From the NCBI RefSeq assembly GCF_009914755.1, contig NC_060926.1: a DNA stretch of 64,000 nucleotides; one strand, given 5' to 3'. This stretch comes from the human T2T-CHM13v2.0 reference genome, Homo sapiens. The notes beneath the pieces were generated by a model. It ran no database searches and was not told the origin of the DNA. It was given only the letters and a program-made list of their open reading frames with translations. Positions 57,779-64,000 of this stretch are shown here, in pieces. The translations under genes were made by a program, and so were the position numbers. How positions within the stretch are numbered: the stretch's first letter is position 1; every line of letters starts with the position of its first letter.

Positions 57779-58461
57779 AAGCCATCCGTGTGGGTGGGGT
57801 ATGTAGGAAAAGCATGAGACTCTACCTGTCTTCTTTGAAGTTCTCATCCACACATGGTTCCAAGTAAAAAGCTTTTCTTGTGTATTTTTAATGTACCCCC
57901 AAACCTCTCCTCCTTTATTTTGGTTTCCTAATAGAGGAGCTAAGTTACAGATGAGAGCCTGAGTCTTAGAATATAAACTTCAAGCATCTGGTAAACTTTA
58001 CTATTTTCTCTCTGCTTCATTAAAACTGGAGGAAAGATGTCAACTAGAACTTGGTTTATTCCTGTTTTGGTGGTAGGATAAAACAACAAAGATCTTAATA
58101 TTGTTCATCTCCTATTAGAATATTAGCTAGTAAGGCAAGAAATTAGATGGGTAGCTGTATGTTGCACTTTTCTTTGATCGTGAGATCTCAAGGTAACAGG
58201 CAATGGGCATAGCATAGGGCAACGAATCCCACAGAGCTGTCCTAATAATGTATATCCTTCATGTCTTCAAAGTGATGCAATGTCAGCAGTTTCCATTTGA
58301 AGGCTAACCCTTTGTAGTGCCCTTCCCTATGTAAGTATTCAGTCTTGACAAAAGTGATTAAAATTTTGTTTTCCAATTTGTAAAAAATATTTTAAATGTA
58401 GACTATAGTATAGTACCTCTTAATTCAGCCTTCCCTAAATACAACAAATAAACTTTTTTTT

Positions 58462-58762
58462 CAGTGTTGCCTAAGTTGTGTTCTCAAAATGATAGTTCCT
58501 TGAGATGTTAATAGTTGTTCTTTGCAAAAGAAAAAGTGTGCTTAGTGTTCAATAAATCAAAGAAGTGCTGGGTTAAACAAAGGTAAGCTGACTTCCTACT
58601 GGTAGACTTCTCAGAACTTTTAATATGGTAGGGTTGCTGTGACTCTCCAAGATTTAGAATCTCCTGGGCAGCATTTCCCAAATCTACTTGACCCGGAACC
58701 CTTCCTTTAAGGGAATATCTGTTAACATCCTGTAGGACACTGGTGTTCTCAGTTTGAGAAAC
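58462..58762. mobile_element. hAT-Charlie-type MITE (MER112-like) with long inverted arms
   Basis: GATGTTAATAG (left) mirrored by CTGTTAACATC (right); CTGGGTTAAACAAAG, GACTTCTCAGAAC, CAGCATTTCCCAAA internal motifs. Confidence 0.65.
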
Positions 58763-60869
58763 ATAATTTATCTTTGATTCTTAATTTCCTTTTAACAAAG
58801 GAAGCTAGCCAGTACAATGATGATTGACATCATATGCCCAGCATTTCTATAATTAATTATACATTGATTTAGGGACTACCAAGTAGACATAATAATGGTT
58901 TATCAGTTATTAAGTAAATTGTGGTAGATGGTCAGGACATTTGATTACCTCTGTCAAATTTGCTGGTTATCTTAAGGATGAGAAGTTCAAGGACCTTTGT
59001 AAATATGACTACTTTGGTTTTTGCACCAGCCTAGGTTACAGGACAATATTTAGGATGTTTTTGGGGGATTTCTTGGTAGTTCTTAAATATTTGTTTGTAA
59101 AATAGTTTCCTAAACTTGGCCCAAAGATATGATCATGACCATAATTGACTCATCTTTTTGATGTGGGAAATGGGGAGAAATGCTATAGCATGTCCTGGGA
59201 ACAGGACATAAACCTGCCCAATCCCCTCTATCTTAAAAATCTAGTCAGTGATAATTAGTATTTTAGTAATATAAAACTCTCAGTATACTAAGGCAGAAAG
59301 TAGATTTTTTTGAAAGATTTTCAACCAACAACAATTGAAATAAAAATGCTTGCTTTCTTAACCAGTAATTCTATCACATAAGGACCATCTGTTTTCTTCT
59401 TTCAATATAACTGGAACTAAGTACTTTCCTGCTGAGATACATAGTCATGGAAAGGTATGTTGCCTCTTGGTGTGTTATACTGCTAGCATGAGATGATTTT
59501 TGTCACGCAGATAAACATTTCTAAAAATTACTATGTATTTTATATTAAAAATATACAAGCATTGGAAACCAGGATTTCAATGACTTCAATGCCTGGAATG
59601 ATAAAGGAGTCAGTTTAAAGAAAAATACTCAATGAAAGAGATAATATAGGTCAGAGGAGAAAGAAACAGAGACTGAGGAGTCCTATAATCAACAAGATAT
59701 GTTCTCAGATGAGAAAAACTTGAGCATTAGACTAAAATGAAACATAGAGGATTCCAGAGAGAAGCAAGGCTCTGGATGAGGCAGGAGAGCATGCAGAGAC
59801 CAGCCTTGGGTGAGAAAGGGACACTCCCTCCACTAAGCCTGGAAGAGAACTAAGGATTAGTGTGAATGTGGGGGCAGGAGTTGAGTTGTCAAGCTGATGG
59901 CCTGAAATGAGCGCCTACTGCTGTTTCTTAATTGTCGTCATCATAATTGTAGTAGCTATTGCAGCTACTCCTGAATTAGCTGGACTAACTTGAAGTAAAT
60001 CCATGTAATGATGCAAATTGACAACTGAGCTAGATGGCTCGAGGCTCAAAAGACAATGAGCTTTTGCACATATTTGGAAGCATAATGGTCTTTACTGATA
60101 AGGAAGAAAAGGAAAACATGATTTACTAATATCAAGAATGTAAGGGGGCTATGGTTGCGGATCCTGCTGACAATGAGGACAATTATATAACATATACTGA
60201 CAGCAAAGAATATTATGAACTACTTTATGCTAATAATTAGAGGTAGTAAGGAGCCAGGAGCACACCATCTCTCCTCTCCCTTCTTTGAGGCACCTTGGGT
60301 TTGGGGTGTGGAGGAATACATAGTCTTCACCAGAGAGGGTTGTAGGAAAATGCAGTATTTTCGAGAAAGAACTACATTTCAATTAAAGCCTGGAAGTGGA
60401 GAGTATTCTTAGTAACTCAGAGGTGGAGAACATTCTGATTAAAAGATAAAGAGTTTGTAAAGAGAGAGTTTGTAAACTGGAATGAGACTTCCACAGGGCA
60501 CAGTTGGAAAGGGTCAGGAGATATGTCACTATGGCCATCAGTGAGGACTTAATGAGGGTAAGAGACTAGGAGGCCACAGGAGGATGAAGTATGACCTGCT
60601 TTCAGTGTTACGTGAAAATGGTTCAAGGGACTGAGCCTTGAACTGGAGTGGAGCTCTTCCTGCTCATCAAAGGAGCGGGAGTGCAGAGACCTAATTCTGA
60701 AAGCTACCTAGGGTTTCTGAAAGCCAGAAGGAAGATGGTATCCTTGTGACTAGATGTGCAGTATCCTAATACTTCTGTTTGAAAGAAACACAGTAATCAC
60801 CAATTTTAAGGGCTTATTTAGAACTGAGTAACTTGGGAGTTGAAGTAGACATCAACCTAAACAGGAAGA

Positions 60870-62420
60870 GAAAACAAAAGAAGAAAGAGATTTCACACCC
60901 AATGACCATGCAGGAACAGACATGAAAAAGAACTAATAAGAAGTCTCAGAAATGGAAAATACTGTCTTTGAAAAAAAAGTTCAGTAGATGAGATAAACCA
61001 TAAACAAGACACATAGAGAAATAGTGAATTGAAGGCAGTGCTGAGAAATTCTCCCTGACTACAGCTCAAAGAAATTAAGAGAAAATATGAAAGCGCTATA
61101 CTGTAGATTCGGTATTCTAACCAGTCTTTCCCCTGAAAGAAACTAAACATACTAAATAAAATATTTGAATTGTCTTTTTAAAAGCAAGGCTAAGCTAGAA
61201 AGAAAAGAAATAATTCACAAAAACTAAAACCAAAATGCAAATGAGAATCCTAAGCAATAAACCTGGCTTTTACCCTGAAGATATCTGGCAAATCTAGGTC
61301 ATCTTAAACATGCTATTTGACAGCTCCATGCCACAGGCATTTGAGGACAGCCTAAGGTGAGGGTTCAAATTAGATCCTTTGCCCAAAGCTAGAACTTGCC
61401 AAAACTACAACATTGGCTAAAACTGGTAAGAAATCTGTCCCACAGAAGAGGACAGGCCTGGGTGCTGGCAGGAGGAAGACATTTTCCCCCGATAGTTACG
61501 ATACCTATGAGATTCAAAAACTTAAATGGTCAATAAACATAGGAAAAAGGTGTTTGTTATCAGGGAAATACAAAATAAAACACAAGCAAAATAGCATTCT
61601 ATGCCTATGAGACAACCAAAGAAAAGAGAAATTTAAGGCCCAGAATGCCAGCTGATGTCAGTGAGAATGTGGAGAAGCTGAAACTCTCATTTGTTACTGG
61701 CTGGAACATAAATTAGTACAACTACTTTGAAAAGTAACCTGACAATCATTATCAAGCAAAACTGAAGATGTGTGTACCTTTCGACCAAGCAATTCCACTT
61801 CTAGGTCTCTTTGCTCTGGAGAAGTATGATTCATGTGCACAAGATGGTTTATACAAGAAAGCTTATTTTACAGAATGTTTATGATTACATAAAGTTGGGA
61901 ACAACCCAAGGTTCATGATGAGAACATATAAAGACATTATGTGATAGCCGTGCAATGGAATACTATTGGGCAGTGAAAATAGATTAGCTAGATCTACATG
62001 TATTGATGTTAATAAATCTCAAAATCATGTTGCAGTAAAAGCAATCTGCAAAAACTGTACAATATACCAATTGCATAAATTGTGTGGACATACAAAACAA
62101 TGCTGTATCTGTTGCCATTTATGGCTCTCTAAATAGGTAGTAGTAATATAAAATACTCATGTGAATATTAAGCACCAAATTTAGGGTAATGATTCCTTCT
62201 AGGGAGGGAAGAAAAGAGAAGAATAGGATCTAGGAAAGAGAAACCAAGGGATTTTATTGTATTTTAAAATAAAATTGTAATATTTTACTTCATAAAACAT
62301 CTGAAGCAAATGTAGCAAAATATTAAGATTTGCTGTACCTTGGTCAGATTCACAGAAGTTTATTGTGTTATTGTCTATAATTTTCTGTATTTTTGAAGTG
62401 TCTCACAATATATTTAAATT
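60870..62420 (+). mobile_element. Old L1ME-like fragments
   Basis: AAATGGTCAATAAACATAGGAAAAAG, GTACAACTACTTTGAAAAG, AGCAATTCCACTTCTAGG, AATGGAATACTATTGGGCAGTGAAAAT; boundaries approximate. Confidence 0.7.
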
Positions 62421-62474
62421 GGGAGAGAGAAATCTATCATAGAAATGGAAGCCAAAAAAAAAAAAAAAAAGACT

Positions 62475-62825
62475 GTTTCAGATTGAATTCTCACTGAGAT
62501 GGAGTTTTACATGCAGAATACTTGTCAGGGATCAACACCTGTGGAGGAGAGGGGAAGGGAAAGCAGGATTAGGCAAGGGAGAATTCCAAATCAGGCTGAC
62601 AAAGCCTTGGCCAAGGCCAAAGGGAGCAAATCTGGGCCTGGTCTTTATTTTCTTATCTTGATCAGTGCCTGAATGCAAGCTTCTCAGAGGGTGTGCCCAT
62701 GGGCAAGGGGACTGTCTGCAGCCGAGACACCCCTGAAGGAGCTGATGACCACAGGCCACCTGCTGGCAGATGGGACAGCCAGCCTTTCCTTGGGCTTCCT
62801 TGGGCAGTGTAGCTCTGTCTACCAA
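62475..62825 (-). mobile_element. LTR16-like (ERVL) solo LTR
   Basis: GGGATCAACACCTGTGGAGGAGAGGGGAAGGAAAGCAGGATTAGGCAAGGGAGAA motif. Confidence 0.6.
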
Positions 62826-63764
62826 ATATGGCTCATCTGAAAGTGCAGCTTTATTTTCATCTATTCGCTTAACTCTCTCTCAAAGAATATTTATCAGTAT
62901 ACTTACTTGAGAGGAAGGAAGTAAATACAAAGAAAAGCTTTGTAACACAGGTGAACAGATTCCATTTTCATAGTATATTAGTAGCCTTGACTTTCTAAAG
63001 TCGTGTGGTATTGTTTGCTAGGCTCTACGAGGAAATTTTCATACACTAAATCACTGACAAGTGCTTTTAACATTAACTTTTTTCTTCTCACAAAAGAACA
63101 AATATAAGCTCCCCCTATAATTAAGATTCCCAATTTGGGATACTGATTTAAGAACCATTCTTCACATTTTTTGTTTAGAGGATAAAATATAAGAATTTTT
63201 AACTTCATAGATGATGTCTCTGCATCATCATCTTAATGAGCGTTATTTTGGAAATTATTAGATGTGTTTTCATATGACGGCATAATACTGTCCTCATCAG
63301 TCAGTCAAAGAGGCCAGTGGAGACTGAATTATCAAATATTGATATCCCACTCATACATCTTGGTGCCATTCACATGTGCGTGTGTTCAACTTGTATTCTT
63401 AGGAGGAATAGTAATAGTTTTGCAAGAAAGCATATTTTTTCTTTGTAAACATTTACAGGTGTTAAGTCACTTTTACAAATTCAGTGCTTTATAGCTTCTT
63501 GATATTCTGCTTTTGGCACTTTAATGAAGTACTACTTGTGAGAAGTTGTGGGCACGTAATAGGTTGAATGGTTTTGATAAAAGTAGCCAGTGATGTTCAG
63601 TATTATGGGCTCTGCATCCAGTAGGGATATAATGTGGACTTAATTCAGTCCATAAGAATGTTAAAGGAATTGCCCTACTTTTAAATAAAAAGTGTAGCTA
63701 CATCATGCATGTATAGGCTTTCCTAGCAACTCAAGAACTGTAAATTGTTTCTGTGGGTACGTCA

Positions 63765-64000
63765 ATCAAAGTTTCTAGTTGTAAGATACAGAAACTAACA
63801 TGGCTAATTAAGCAGAAAAGGAATTCATTAAGGGATTATTAGTGAATTCCCACATTTGTTACAGGTACTGGAGAACAAGACTTGAGACTAAGATTCCAGG
63901 AACGGTGTCCAAATTTGTGCCACAATGTTGATCAGATAAAGAAACTATTGCTATAGCCACCAAACACACAGAATTGTGTATGGAGGTTGTTTCCATGTCA
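63765..64000 (-). mobile_element. Old MLT1-type LTR fragment
   Basis: TTTCTAGTTGTAAGATACAGAAACTAAC...TTAAGCAGAAAAGGAATTCATT resembles the antisense 3' end of old MaLR LTRs. Confidence 0.45.

Overview
Primate (most likely human) intronic DNA, AT-rich and repeat-dense. The only host exon I can support is the first coding exon of PKP4 (plakophilin-4/p0071, + strand, 21973-22109, encoding MPAPEQ...ILASVKEQ). The rest is the intron before and after it, and the next coding exon is not seen. Main passengers: a full-length sense-oriented L1PA2-like element (11407-17478, 16-bp TSD, three disabling lesions, intact ORF0, short 3' transduction), a full-length processed RPL7A pseudogene (~37193-38070), about 13 Alu/FLAM copies, a 197-bp L1PA7-like tail with TSD, an MLT1 LTR plus internal region carrying a Tigger1-derived insert, and many old L1M/L2/L3/MIR/MER fragments. 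I found no evidence for a wholly new biological system. The best leads are the L1 3' transduction tag, a possible L1-promoter-to-PKP4 splice that would keep the whole CDS, and a candidate 11-nt poison microexon at 54268-54278. Repeat subfamily names come from recalled consensus sequences, not a database search, and boundaries of old repeats are approximate.
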